The position numbers and the translations under genes were made by a program. Under the pieces are notes generated by a model. The model searched no databases. It saw only the letters and a list, made by a program, of their open reading frames with translations, and had not been told where the DNA came from. Below, in pieces: positions 1 through 13,205 of a DNA stretch of 64,000 nt; positions within the stretch are counted from its first letter, which is position 1; each line of letters begins with the position of its first letter. Source of the DNA: Octopus sinensis (lineage: Eukaryota); the NCBI RefSeq assembly GCF_006345805.1, contig NC_043002.1, forward strand, positions 82,336,001-82,400,000, in the 5' to 3' direction.

Positions 1-1933
1 CAAAAATTCTTTGTTTTTATAGAGAGAACCATTAGTATTTGTTTTTGGTAGGAGAATGTAGTGGGTGCATTTTACATGCCACTGGCACAGGAGCTAGCCA
101 GGTGGCACTGGCATTGGTCACGCTCAAATGGTGCTTTCTACATGCCACCACCAGGGGTGCCAGTCAGGCAGCACTGGCATAGTGTCACACTTGGGCATGC
201 ATGCATGCATGCATGCATCCATCCATCCATACATATACAGGGTGCAGCAGAAAGGTTGCCCCGATTTCAAAGGTTAATGAAAAACAAATACATGAAGATA
301 CAAGAAAAAAGCGATGCTCTCCACTTCAGGCCATAGTGTGTACTACCTGAATCGGAAAGAAAAATGGCATTTAATGAACTTCGTAAAAATACAAAGTTTT
401 TTCATGCATCTTCATGTCTTTGTTTTTTGTTAACACTGTATATATATCCGCTTTACAGAGTGTACTGGGTGCTTTTTATGTGACACCGGTGGGGTTACCA
501 AGTAGTTTGCCAGACAAAGACCTCTCATTTGAGAGAGAAAGTTGAACAGAAGGAAGTGGCTGTGAGTCAGTTGAGAGGTTAGAGTGTAATAGAGGGGCAG
601 AGATAGTTGTTTTACTATAGACGAGATATTTGGCCATTCCAGTAGAACAGGGAAGGAGAAGGAGTTAGAGAGAAATATAGAGAGACAATCAAAATGAGAG
701 AGAGAGAGAGAGAGAGAAATAGATTTAAATATCATTTCTCATCACTTCGTCCCACGTTTTCATGGGTCTATCCAGGAATTAAAGATCAGCACTTGTTTAT
801 GCAGCTGTCCTCATCCATACACATCACATGTTCATACCAACACAGTCTTCTCTCTTGCACACTGCATCTGATGCCTCTTTTACCCAATTTTTTGCTTCAA
901 ATATTTATACTCTGTCATACATGCAATCTAACATTACTCCCCCAGCATGAAGACATGTTAAGAATAAATACACAAATGTTCATCCCAGATCTCACAGTAC
1001 ATGGTGCAAACAATAATTTTTTAACAGTTGGCAGATATAAACACTAATCAGCACAGAATCTGTTCGTTAAAAGTATAAGCTATGCTAGTGGCTTTGTTTA
1101 GGCTCATAGTTCTGGTTAACAAAAGACATGGTGAAATACTGGTGTCCCAAAGTGACATGCACCAATGAACTGAGTATGTTGAACACACTGTCATTGTAAA
1201 AGTGAGATGTTATTTTTTCATGACATGTACTACATCTAAACACTCCCTGTGCCAGTGGCACGTAAAAAACACCATCCAAACTGGGTTGATGCTAGTGACC
1301 CCTGACTGGCTCTCGTGCCGGTGGTATGTAAAAAGCACCCACTACACTCTTGGAGTGGTTGGCACTAGGAAGGGCATCCAGCTGTAGAAACCTTGCCAGA
1401 TCAGATTGGAGCCTGGTGTAGCTTACTGGCTTGCCAGACCTCAGTCAAACCGTCGAACCCATGCCAGCATGAAAAACGGACATTAAACGATGACGATGAT
1501 GATGAGCTCAATAACATTCCAACTCTCTCAACCAGAAATGAAGTTATTTGTTAAGGCCTACACAAATTTCATCATTCCATCAATTTGACCTCTGATGCTA
1601 GAAATAACAGTCAACGCCCAACATTAGTATCAATAAACAGATTTCAACTCTTAGTTAAACAGCTCAACAAGTGGTCCTTATACTTATTTACAGCTGCAAT
1701 TGGTGACTCATTCACACGGCCACAACAGTTGAGCCCCACATCTGAAATAGCAGTCACCAACACCCACTTTTATCTATTTCACCTTTGCTTTTTGACCAGA
1801 TTCTTCCATATCTCTCTCACCTGCAACATGTGAATGTTGGTACTCATTTGAGGTGAGCTCTCCATATTCGATTCAGCATGTGACAGATGGAATAGACAAA
1901 GCTGGGGTGGGGGAGAGAGAGGGAGAAAAGCTG

Positions 1934-1976
<43 letters not shown>

Positions 1977-2334
1977 CACAGACAGGCAGGTGGATAGGTA
2001 CTAGAAAGAAAATTTCTAGATTAATAGTTGACACCCACACACACACACACACATTTTCCACACCCACATATAAAGAGTGAGAGAGACAAAAATATGTAGT
2101 TCATAATTTTGTCACGGTTCAATGTTTGAGTTTAAGAGAGAGAGAGAGGGAAGGGATTTAGCATTTAACATGTTAGCTTAGAAAAACCAAACAAAACAAA
2201 CAATGTCCCTCCATAAAACATCTACTTCACAATCTGCTCCGCTCTTTTCAGAGTTTAACGACCTACTGATACCATAGTTGTGAATTAAAAGAACTTGGAA
2301 GATTAAGCCTTGAACCAGAACTTTTTCGATACCC

Positions 2335-2545
2335 TTAACCCTTTCATTACCAACCCAACTGAAACCGGCTCTGGCTCTGAGTACAAGTTTTGAATTAAAA
2401 TCTTCCACCAAACCTTAGTCACAATTTATGTTCCTAACACTAGCTGATTGATAACTAAGTTATTTTACTAAATTCTTTGTTATAGTTAAAGTAATTGAAA
2501 GAAGCACAGAGCATCTCAAAATAAATACAGAAACGAAAAAGTTGA
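2335..2545. mobile_element. piggyBac-like MITE remnant
   Basis: Starts TTAA|CCCTTT; right end degenerate (AAAAAGTTGA for AAAGGGTTAA). Confidence 0.35.
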
Positions 2546-3183
2546 GGGCAGGAACTTTTCAGTACCTCCTCAAATGTTGTTTAGATTTGCCAAATTACCC
2601 TTGAAAAATGACATAACACCAAAGAACATATACAAATTCTACATAATATACTTAAGCGTGAAGCTAAATATAAACATGTTCTTCGAAGTGCAGATTCCAG
2701 CTTATGATGTACTTCTTATTTACCTGAAGTATCATATTCCTCCTGTCATTTTGTTTTTTTACACCTACTCACCCAAGTGAATACTTCGTGGTATGAAATA
2801 AACAACTACATTTCACTAAAGAGCTGCCATTGAAGTAGCAATGGATACTGTAGATTTTAAAGTATCAATAAATACTAGATTATTTAAGTCTCAACAATAC
2901 TCTATGGATTATTAACACCAATTATTTGCAATAACTTCCAACAGTAAACCCAAAAATATTAAACACACATACAAGGCCCTCTGTTTTAATCTTATGATAT
3001 CTAAATATGTACAAGTATGGCTGTGCAGTTAAGCAGTTCGCTTTGCAAGCAAATAATTTTGAGTTCAATTCCACTGCAACTCCTTAGGCAGGAGTCTTCT
3101 ATTATTGCTCAAAACTGACCAATGCTTTAAATATGGTAGATGAAAACTGTATTAAGGTTGCTGCACATATATATATTTATATA

Positions 3184-3596
3184 GGCACAGGTGTGGCTGT
3201 GTGGTAAGAAGCTTGCTTCTCAGCCACATCATCCTGGGTTCAGTCCCAATGCATGGCATCTTGGGCAAGTGTCTTCTACTATAACCTCAAGCTGACCAAA
3301 GCCTTGTGAGTGGATTTGGCAGACAGAAACTGAAAGAAGTCCATCATATATATTATGTTTATATTTATGTGAGCAAGTCTTTGAGTCTGTTTGTTCCCCT
3401 CACTATTGCTTGACAACTGATGTTGGTGTGTTTACATCTCCATAACTTAGTGGTTCAACAAAAGAAACTGATAGAATAAGTACTAGGCTTACAAAGAATA
3501 AGTCCTGGGGTCGATTTCTTTGGGTAAAAATCAGTTTAAGGCAGTGCTGCAGCATGGCTGCAGTCAAATGACTGAAACAAATAAAAGAGTAAAAGT
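3184..3596 (+). mobile_element. tRNA-derived SINE, family A (internal TA/TG microsatellite)
   Basis: A-box-like TGGCTGTGTGG, B-box-like GGTTCAGTCCC, tail CAGCATGGCTGCAGTCAAATGACTGAAAC. Many other copies or fragments, e.g. 20015-20095, 20460-20590, 21130-21300, 43595-43810, 44750-44930, 46280-46460, 56390-56822. Confidence 0.8.
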
Positions 3597-3607
3597 ATAT
3601 ATATATA

Positions 3608-3978
3608 TATATATGAAAAAAACAAGTCGAGATACAAAATGCTAAAATAATTTTATAAAGAACATTTCAGTACCGGTTTCAGTCATTTGAGACCTTTTCA
3701 ACTGTAACAATTAAATAATTGAACTTAGAAAAATTAAAAGAAAAGTTTTTTTTAAAAATATTTGTATAGTGTTCAAGAGAGACAGAGAAAGGCAGAAACA
3801 AGGAAAATGCCACATATATTTGAACACTATACAAATATTCTTTTAAAAAAACTTTTCTTTTTAATTTTCTATTTAATTGTTACAGTTGAAAAGGTCTCAA
3901 ATGACTGAAACCGGTACTGAAATGTTCTTGATAAAATTATTTTAGCATTTTCTATCTTGACTTGTTTTTTCATATATA
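3608..3978. repeat. Long inverted repeat (PLE inverted pseudo-LTR type)
   Basis: Arms 3608-3776 and 3820-3978 are reverse complements; 43-nt spacer; 9-nt indel; hammerhead-like motif in each arm. Confidence 0.85.
3883..3919 (+). ncRNA. Minimal type-I hammerhead ribozyme, U3-A8 core variant (mirror copy on - strand at 3668-3704)
   Basis: CAG-TTGAAAA-GGTC(tcaaat)GACT-GAAA-CCG-GTA-CTG; stem I CAG/CTG, stem II 4 bp, stem III palindrome ACCGGT. Confidence 0.6.
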
Positions 3979-3979
3979 T

Positions 3980-5960
3980 CACCTTCCACATCATTTGAGC
4001 TAAATTCTGGCAATTAATGCATCTACACAGATTTATGCAGGTTACCTTTCCGACCCTTTCCTTCATCTTTGAGTTCCTCACAGCTATTCTTGCAACTGCA
4101 ATAAGTAAGCTCAAGCAGAGCACTTGGTGCAGGTGGAAGATCACCCCACACTACTTCTATAGTGGTATCTTTTACTTTTCATTCATGTTTGTGTGAGCTG
4201 GGGATACTGGGAAACTGTTCAAGACATTTGATATGTACTCCTGCTTGGTAGTTTGCCCTCATCAAGTGTTCCACCATGGCATCATGTGTGGGAGGCATGT
4301 TTATCTCTGCTTTAGTACCTATCAAGAACTTGTTATACCTTACTGTATTGACACTCGAACAATCTTGATCATACAGTGTACAAACAAATTTCTCCACTGT
4401 GTGTACCAGACTATCTTTTACAGAGAATGTTGCACCAAATTGTTGAAAGGCTGCTTGAAAATCAACAGATTCAGTCATGAGCTTCAAGACGTTCTTCTTA
4501 GACCAGCCATAGAAACAGCTTGTTGAGTCACAGCCGGTAAAACCATGAAGGCCGATGAGGGGATCTGCAACACTGTCTCCGAGATGATTTTGTATAGCTG
4601 TTAGATTAAGTGTATGCTTGTTGTTGCCTCTACCAGTGTGAAAGAGCAAACGGGGCTTGAATTTGATGAGCCTTTGCTATGCCAATAATGAAAGCATCAG
4701 TGTCTGGGCTCTTTACAATGATTGCTGGTGTACTGCTTGAAGCTGAAGGGAGAAATGCAGCAGCATATTGACAATGCAAGAACAGCCTGGTGTCTGCTTC
4801 TTCATGGTTGCATTCAAGTTCCTTCACAATTTGTATCTTGACTGTGCCATTTACATTCTACAGCAAATGACATTCTTTGTTGTGAGCTATAACAACTTTT
4901 ACATCATGAAGCAAGGTTGGGTGTTCCTGCCACATCTTGATGAAGAACTGAATTAAGGCTTCTTTGTTTTGACTGCATGAGAAAAACTTTTACTTTTGAT
5001 TGGGCATTTTTTGCTCTGATCTTGGTGAGTTGGCTTCCACTTGCAGCTTGTTTTCCTTGCTCTGCTGCTTTGATACTCAAAGCGAACACAATGTGAGCAT
5101 CGTGCACAAGGTGAATAAGCTGTTTGATTACATATTCTCAAAGTTCACCAAATGTACCTGGCACAACCTTTTGAGGGAATTTCTTGGAGCATTGCCATCC
5201 CATCTACAATCCACACACTACCCAATGGAATACCTTCCACAACTGAAGCAGGCTCTACACTGGATTCAATAGAATGAAGAAGAGTTGCTTTTGTAGTCTT
5301 GGTCAAGGGCCAAGATTATATATTATGTTTTGGAGATTAAATTTCCTTACTCCAGCAATAACAACCAAACATTGAAACAGATTGCAATCAGCTTTTATTG
5401 TAACTTCTTTGCTTTTTACTTTGGTCGTTGAAGTTTTGTTCATTATTGTGAAGGTTTTCTTTTTCTGCTTTTTGAGGACCCTGAACAAGTCTCCCTCTCC
5501 TTGTAAGCGTTCTTCACAAAATGCCTTGAAAGCGTCATCTCCACTTGCGTATGCAGAAGTATAATCATCACAGACATCAGTGGAAGCTATCACTCCTGAT
5601 GCAATGTGCACGAGTTCTTCAGTATTTTCCTGGAAGGGATTGATCATGGTCTCTACTGTTTCAACTGCAGAGATATCTTCTTCATATTTTTCCATGTTGG
5701 TCACATTAAGATCTTTTTTTTCTGTGGATCTGTTGTCTTTCCCTGCCATATCCTCACAATGTTTGCTGATAGCATTTCGCTCATGTTAGGAAAGAATCCA
5801 ACGGGCAACTGCACTTTTGGAAAAAAAAAATCTTCATGGTTCAAAAGGGGGAAGGTGGTTGCAGTAACACATTGTGGTGTGAAGAGAGCAAGATGCGGCA
5901 AGTAATACATCTTAGTCATCCATTGCATCTGTTTTCATTTTTGTAGTCGTCTTGACTTGG
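3980..5960 (-). mobile_element. Academ (AcademX-type) DNA transposon remnant, frameshifted
   Basis: Colinear fragments: AVARWILS/MINPF/LKKQKKKTF/YNLGP/IVDGMA; XPG-like nuclease motifs HEEADTRLFLH, SPDTD, LHGFTGCDSTSCFYG; Cys-rich end PPAPSALLELTYCSCK...CRCINCQN. Confidence 0.75.
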
Positions 5961-6247
5961 TCTTGCCGCTGGGTTGATCAAAGACAGTTATGGATGAGAG
6001 AGTGAATATGACAGTGAACGACTCTTTTTCACTTTAAACAAAGTCACTGCAGGGGTCTTCAATCTATGATGACAACGTGGTCTTTGTTACTCCAACAGGT
6101 GAACATGATCACCTACAGAGGGATAAAATATAAAGTTATAAAGAAAGTAAAACCCAAAAAATTCTCAAGAATTTACCCAAACAAGTGCAGGAGTGTAAAT
6201 ATATGTAAATATATACTTACATATAAGAGACCAAAGTGTACGTATGC

Positions 6248-6321
<74 letters not shown>

Positions 6322-6329
<8 letters not shown>

Positions 6330-6940
6330 TGGAGAAAAACACAAAACGTCCAGACAGTTAGGTGATACAAGAAAGGGACAACAAAACATCCAGATAGACG
6401 ATACAAAGAAAACAAAGACAGGTCATTCAGGATTTCTTTCCTTAGTCGAGTTCAAGATTATCTTTGCAATTTCGGCTGGTTATACTCGAGATTGTGCCAA
6501 TCTAGCCAGGAAAAACTAAGCTAAGAGCATTAGATTCCTTGGAAGAAAGCAGTGAATGTATATGAAAACAAGGACGAAAAAAAAAACAGAGGTTATGCAA
6601 ATACAAATAACAGGACATAACAACAGGTGTCTTTCGACTAGGGATGATTTAAATTAAGCTGGCTTGTGTGGAAGTAAAGCCTTACGGCTGGGATACAAGA
6701 GTATAGATGTTGCATGGACAGCCAAACCAAGAAAAAAGGTCAGGCTTCGCCAAACACCGGTTACATGGAGAGAAAGGTAGAGGCAGAGGGACAGAAGAAA
6801 TAAGGAGGGGCAAGAAAAAATGACAAGGACACAGTAAAGTGAAAAAAAGAGGGAAAGCAAGCATAAAGAGAAGGCAATGAAATGTGAGAGAGGGGGAATG
6901 AAAGAATGAAGATATAATTAAAATCATATTAATCATAAGG
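6322..6940. repeat. Dispersed repeat, class unresolved; second copy at 35470-35842
   Basis: About 370 bp shared between the two loci, both next to (TA)n tracts. Confidence 0.7.
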
Positions 6941-7111
6941 ACACATTAACGTGTATACCTGCTAGAAATGAGAGTTAAAACCCACATTTGGCCCACCAAA
7001 AAGAATTTACGCTGAAAATAACAGATTCAACAGTACATGAGCGAGTGGATCAAAAAAATCCCTCACATACCTATATAACATAAAGCTATATATTTAATGG
7101 TACAGGTATAT

Positions 7112-7162
7112 ATGTGGACTAGTTTCTGGTTTGATATAAAAGTCTTACCATCTTCAGCACAT
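7112..7162 (-). ncRNA. Minimal type-I hammerhead ribozyme, canonical core
   Basis: Minus strand: ATGTG-CTGAAGA-TGGT(16 nt)ACCA-GAAA-CTA-GTC-CACAT; perfect 5-bp stem I, 4-bp stem II, palindrome ACTAGT, GUC site. Confidence 0.85.
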
Positions 7163-7214
7163 CTTAACCCTTTGAAACATCTCCTCAATCTACCACATTG
7201 AAATCTGCTGGCAT

Positions 7215-7720
7215 CCATCTCTCATCATCATTTAACATCCATTGTCCATACTGGCATGGATTGGATGGTTTGACCAGGGCTGGTAAACTGAGGGGCTGTA
7301 CCAGACTCCAGTCTGATTTGGCATGGTTTCTACGGCTGGATGCTCTACCTAATGCCAACCACTCTGAGAGTGTAATGGGTGCTTTTACATGCCACCAGTA
7401 CAGGTGCCAGTTGTGTAACACCAGTATTTGCCACAATTATGATTTCATTTGGCTTGATGGGTCTTCTACAAAAGCATGGAATATTGCCAAAGGTTTTGGT
7501 CATTGCTTCCATTGGGCCTAACGTTTGAAAGGTACTTTTCACATGCCACCGGCACAGGTGCTAGTTGTGTGACACCAGCATTGGCCACATTGCCTCCATG
7601 AGGCCCAATGCTTGAAAGGTGCATTTTACGTGCCAGTTATGTGACACCAGCATTGTCCATGACTACAATTGCACTTGGCTTGACAGGTTTTCTCAAGCAC
7701 AGCATATCACCCAAAGTCTC
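7215..7720 (-). mobile_element. RTE LINE 3'UTR/tail copy (family B)
   Basis: Ends in (ATG)n-like tail. The same sequence is contiguous with RTE coding remnants at 21787-22235. Other copies at about 60-200, 1250-1500, 8700-8840, 9025-9500, 21540-21710, 23060-23310, 24597-25200, 46880-47066, 60783-61060. Confidence 0.7.
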
Positions 7721-10053
7721 ACACACTCAGACATATATATCAGAGTGTGTCTTTGCATCTATGTTTGTCCACTCTCCACTGCTTGACAATCAGCGTTGTG
7801 GTGTTTGTGTCCTTGTAACTTAGCAGTCATTTGACTAAAAATTCAAGGCGGTGCCCTAGCCTAGCTGCAGTCTGATGACTGAAACAAGCCAAAGATGGTA
7901 TCCAAAACTATGAGCACACAAATGATGAAATCCTTCGGACACAGGAGAATCTGCAACTAAGGCCAGTTAAGGAACCCTAAAGATCCAGAATTACTCTGAC
8001 TTCCAAAAGCATGAGCTCTTGCTGAGCTGTTGTTCTACAATCTATAGGTACATGCTTAAAGTAGGTCCATTCACTCTAGCCATTTTTGCCAGTCACTCAC
8101 CGTTTTACAAATTTGTTGGGAGAAAGCACTTCCTTCTCCATCCTTACTTTCCTTTCCAAGTGGAACTTCTAAGAAAATCAATGAGAACTCGACTGAAAAG
8201 GGAAGTGTTTTACCTCAATCATTTCAGCCTTGTCCATCACACAACCTTTTGCCACAGCCACTAGACAGAGGAATACTCTCATTCCTGCCTTGTTGAAGGT
8301 GGTTGGTGGAGTGATCCTCACTATGGAGTAAGCCAATATTGGATTCATCCTATGTGTGACAACAGCTGTTTCACATAACCCCCAAAGTCAGCAATGCTTG
8401 GACACTACACAAATACATAAAATAGTTTCATTTCTTTGCATGCATCTTGGGCAGTTCTACCTGGTGATATTTCCATGCCTGTAGAGTTTATCTTGAACTA
8501 GCTCATTGCCAGGCCAGGGAGTTCTGAAAGAGACCAGCTAGTTTGTTCTTGTTGCCGCCTAGAGTTTCCCTGAGAAGGTGATAACTTTTGACCACCACTA
8601 GATTTCCATATATCACTAATGTAGAATCTCCACTGACCATATTACTCAACTTGTAGAGGGTGGTGAGCACCAATAATGATAATAATTCTATGAACATCAT
8701 CATCATCATCATTTAGCATCCGTTTTCCATGCTGGCATGGGTTGGATGGTTCAACTGGGGTCTGTGAAACCAGAAGGTTGCACCAGGCTTCAGTCTGATC
8801 TGGCAGTGTTTCTACGGCTGGATGCCCTTCCTAACGCCAAACAAAAGGCCTAAAATTAAAAAGAAGAGAGCTAGTCAATTTTATTAATCCCAGTGCTTCA
8901 CTGATACTTATTTTATCAAACCCAAAGGAATGAAAGGCAAAGATGAGCTTAAAATGTAATGGACTGGAAGAAATGTTGCTAAGCATCTCGTATAACATGC
9001 TAACAATTCTGCTAGCTCACCACCTCATCATCATCATTTAACGTCTGCTTTCCATGCTAGCATGGGTTGGACGATTTTGCCTGAGGACTGGCGAACCAGA
9101 TGGCTGCACCAGGCTCCAATCTTGATCTGGCAGAGTTTCTACAGCTGGATGCCCTTCCTAACGCCAACCACTCTGAGAGTGTAGTGGGTGGTTTTTATGT
9201 GCCACCGACACGGGGGCCAGTCAGGTGGTACTAGCAATGACCTCGCTCGAATCTTTTTACACATGCCACCGGCACAGGTGCCAGTAAGGCGACGTTAGTA
9301 ACGATCACGCTCGAATGGCGCCCTTTTATGTGCCACCGGCATGGAAGCCAGTTGGCTGCTCTGTTAATAATCATGCTCGGATGGTGCTCTTGGCACCCTA
9401 CTAGCACGGGCACAAATAAGTAAGGTGACACTGGTAACGATCACACTCAAATGGTGCCCCTTTTATGTGCCACTGGCACGGAAGCCGGTTAGCTGCTGTG
9501 TCAAACGATCACACTCAATAATTGTAATGATAATTGATTATAAAGACTCAACACTGAAGCAATATCAACTGGTACTTTATTTTATCAATCCCAGAATGAT
9601 GAAAGGCAAAACTGATTCTTGCAAGATTTGAGCACTTGACATAAAGAATAGTAACTAAAGACTGCAAGATTTTAGGGACTCTGCCAAATTATTGCCCTTC
9701 TAATGATTCTACCAAGCTATGTGTGTTTCTTTATTAGTTACAAGGACTTATAGAAGAGAGGCAGTACAAAAAGACAGAATTGTGAGGTGTTCTTTTGTTA
9801 TGGTACACAAGATCATAACAAAATGACATCTGGTTTTACATTTTATTTTGGTCTTTGTGTTACTTAACATAATTTTTTTTATAACTTTGAACAAACAGCA
9901 TACATGTACACAATATAAAACACATTTCAATTTCTTGTATGATTCGTATAAATTGATCTCTCAATTATTTTTAAATACTTCTTAACAACATTAATTACAA
10001 TAAGTTCAGGTAAGTAGTTTTGGTCTCAATTCTACTGCATGACACCAAGGGCA

Positions 10054-11372
10054 TCATCATCATTCATCATTGTTCGACCGTGGTCGAGACAATGGAATTT
10101 ACTATGTTACGCCAGACTTCACGGTCCATCATAGCATTACGGAGGTCCTGTTGCTGGATGCCTGTATCCCTGGAGATTACATCAGGGTAGGAGAGTGTGC
10201 GCCCTCTGGTATTGCGAGTAGATGGCTTCCAGAGGAGAAGAGTAGAAATTACTTCTTTTTCAGCTCTACAACAATGTCCAGCAAACTGGACTCTTCTACC
10301 TTTCACAAGAGATGACACAGGTGGTAGTTTCCCATATATTTGCATTTTGGTTGGATGGCGCTTCCACGAGAGGTTTTGAGCTCTCATAAGGAGGCGAGTG
10401 TAGGTTCCATCCAACCGCCTCTCAAGCTTCTTTGATAACGTCCAGGTTTCTGAGCCATATATTAGAATTGGTTCGACTGTGGCTTTGAATATTTCAAGTT
10501 TGAAGTCTCTACTTAGATTTGATGACCAGATCTTATGCATGTCATTACAGGCTGACCAGGCCATACCCTTTCTAGTTAGAAAGTCTTTTCCAGATGATGA
10601 TATGTATGACCCAAGATATTTATAATCAGAAACCATATTTAAAGGCGCACTGTTGAGAGTATGGATGATGCAATCACTGTTGGACAGGCACTTGTTTATG
10701 TATTCAGTTTTGGCCTCATTGAGGTAAAGACCTACACAATTTGAGGCTTGTTCAAGAGATTGTAAAAGAGACTGGGCATTGGAGAGAGAATCACTGATAA
10801 GAGCGATGTCGTCAGCAAAGTCAGTGTCTGTCAAGTATTCAGCTGAGTGTCTGGAACTTCTTCTTGGTTTTATTTCAAAGCCTTTGCCAGAGATGGTATC
10901 AACTGACATACGTAGCACATAATCAACAACAATGATGAAAAGAAATGGGGCGAGTGTGTCTCCCTGCAGTATTCCGGCTTTGATTGAGAAAGATGATGTT
11001 TCTCCATCAGGGGTTAAGATGGTTGAAGACGTATCTGTGTAGAGGACCTTGATGGCAGAAATAATTTTGTTTGGTATCCCATAGAGCTTAAGGATTTCAA
11101 ACATCTTGTACCTATCTACAGAATCGAACGCTTTAGAAAAGTCTACAAATACCATTGCAAGATCGCGATTAAATGCTTTTGATTCTTCAATAAGTCTGCG
11201 CAGGCATAGTATCTGGCTCAGCGTTGAGCGCCCATGTCTGAATCCATTTTGGTTCTTTCGGAGCAAAGGTTCAACAAAAAGGACAAGACGATTTAGGATC
11301 AGTTTGTTGTACAGTTTTGCAGCAATTGACATTAGAGATATACCCCTGTAGTTGGTAACGAGGGATAAATCG
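10054..11372 (-). mobile_element. 5'-truncated RTE-clade LINE with intact RT ORF (10067-11332, 421 aa)
   Basis: NYRGISL, QNGFR, FVDFSKAFDSV, GILQGDTLAP, FADD, YKYLGS, YGSETW; (ATG)n tail; TSD CCAAGGGCA at 10045-10053 and 11373-11381. Confidence 0.95.
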
Positions 11373-11744
11373 CCAAGGGCAAGTGTCTAACCCTGGATTG
11401 ACCAAAGCCTTGTGGGTCGATTTGGTATATGGAAACCGAAAGAAGCCCGTCATTATATATATAGTCGGCAGGAAAGTGACGGACGGTACAAGTTGGCACC
11501 AGCATTGCTAGAAATTAGTCAAAACAACTCTTCGCTACATGAGAGCATTTTTCTAATGACCAACAAGGGAGACAAACTAAGAGTTGTTTTGACTCTTATT
11601 TCTAGCAATGCTGGTGCTGACTAGTACCTTCGTCACTTTCCTGACGACTAGTTGCCTTTCGATTGTAAATTGCGAATAACCACCTTAATTATATATATAA
11701 ATATAAATATTTGGCATAACTACAAGTTTCTGCCCCGCCCCCGA

Positions 11745-12400
11745 CTTTGAATGATCATAACTTTCAGAAAAATGGAGATTTTTTTAATGAAATTTTCTAC
11801 GAATATGAGTTATATCATGTAGATTCCGAACATACAAAACTTTTGGGGAAAAGTATTTTAGGAGGGGTGGGTGGGGAATTCCGGAAAATTCACCGGCGTA
11901 CACTTCAATTCGTCTTAACTTTCAAGAAAATGGATATTTTTTAATGAAATTCTCTACAAGTATACCTCGGACTATGTAAATTCCGAGAACATAGGAATTT
12001 TGGGGAAAAACAATTGGGGGTTATTTTTGAGAACTGTTCCCCACTCGGGGGTGTTTCGGAACAAGTCGTCCATATTTATTTTATTTTTTCCGTTTTGTGC
12101 GTTTGTGCTTCCGTAGATTTCTACTGAAGCAACAAACGAGCAAGGAAGCCCTCACCAGAACACTTGTTATGCTAAAAATAACAGCTAAAGGTCTGGTACA
12201 GAGTAATATGTTAAAACGACTTATCTGTTGCATACGATTTTTTTTTTTTACTTTAAGTAAATTCCTTTGGTAAATGTTTCTATTAGAAAGGCAGAAGACA
12301 TCAGAAGCAAAAATAAGGGATATACAAGTGTAAAGTATAACTTGTTACATAAGCTCTATAATAAACATGATATTGAATGGAATAATTCCCCGTTTTAACT
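11745..12400. mobile_element. Non-autonomous DNA-element-like repeat; copies at 18590-20010 and 20095-20395
   Basis: Shared blocks such as ATCATAACTTTCAGAAAAATGGAGATTTTTTTAATGAAATT; superfamily not identified. Confidence 0.6.
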
Positions 12401-13205
12401 TTTTAATTACACACACACACACACACAAGATAAATATACTCGAGATTATAGTGAAGTTGTATCTAGAAAACTAGTTCAAAGAAACTCACGCAAGGTTCTT
12501 TCGTGCTAGCTAGTTTGTCAAGGTGAAATTAGTAGTACGTTAACAAATGTGTGTTGAAAATATCGCAAGCACGTCGACTAAAGAAACAAACAATCGCCAA
12601 CAGGGTCCTTGCGTATACTGAAACATGTTGGCATGTATTTTTATGCCTCGTATAAGCGAGAGAAGAGAACTATGAGTTACATTTAAAGAAGCAGGAAATA
12701 AATGTAGAAAAGGAGCTAAATTTAGTTCGCGAAGAGCGACTGCCTCTTCCCATACGTTGCCCAGACTATACGCCCATTCAGTTGCACCATGTTTGCTATT
12801 CGCACAAATTTACACCTCTTTCGGTGTTTACCTACCGTTAAAAAGGGGAAAAAAGTTAATAATAACAAGGGTTTGGTTTTAGAACAAAGTGTCCCACGCA
12901 TAGTCACTAACTAGAGGAAGATTGCCAGGCCTTCCCGGACATAAGACGGAGGCGGTGGAAAACATGTAACGTTTACAATACCCATATATCTCGTCGGAGA
13001 CTAAACTTACTGCCTGCAGAATGGTTTCGTCTTTTGCACAGCACAAATCGACAGTTTATGTAACAAACTCTTTTAAAGTATCAATTTTTTTTCTACCAAC
13101 GCCCCGCGTCTATTATTCAACAAATTTTTTAAAAATTTTGCCGACATGATCACCATTAAAAGACATTTCGACATTTAGATGATTTACATATAGCTTTAAA
13201 ATCTC

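Noticed and set aside
7872-7890. CTGATGA-CT-GAAAC hammerhead-like string
   Set aside because: A mutated family-A SINE tail; no stem II or stem I.
12530-12910. Protein-looking minus-strand frame (HGATEWAYSLGNVWEEAV...)
   Set aside because: No start or splice support and no recognisable family motif.
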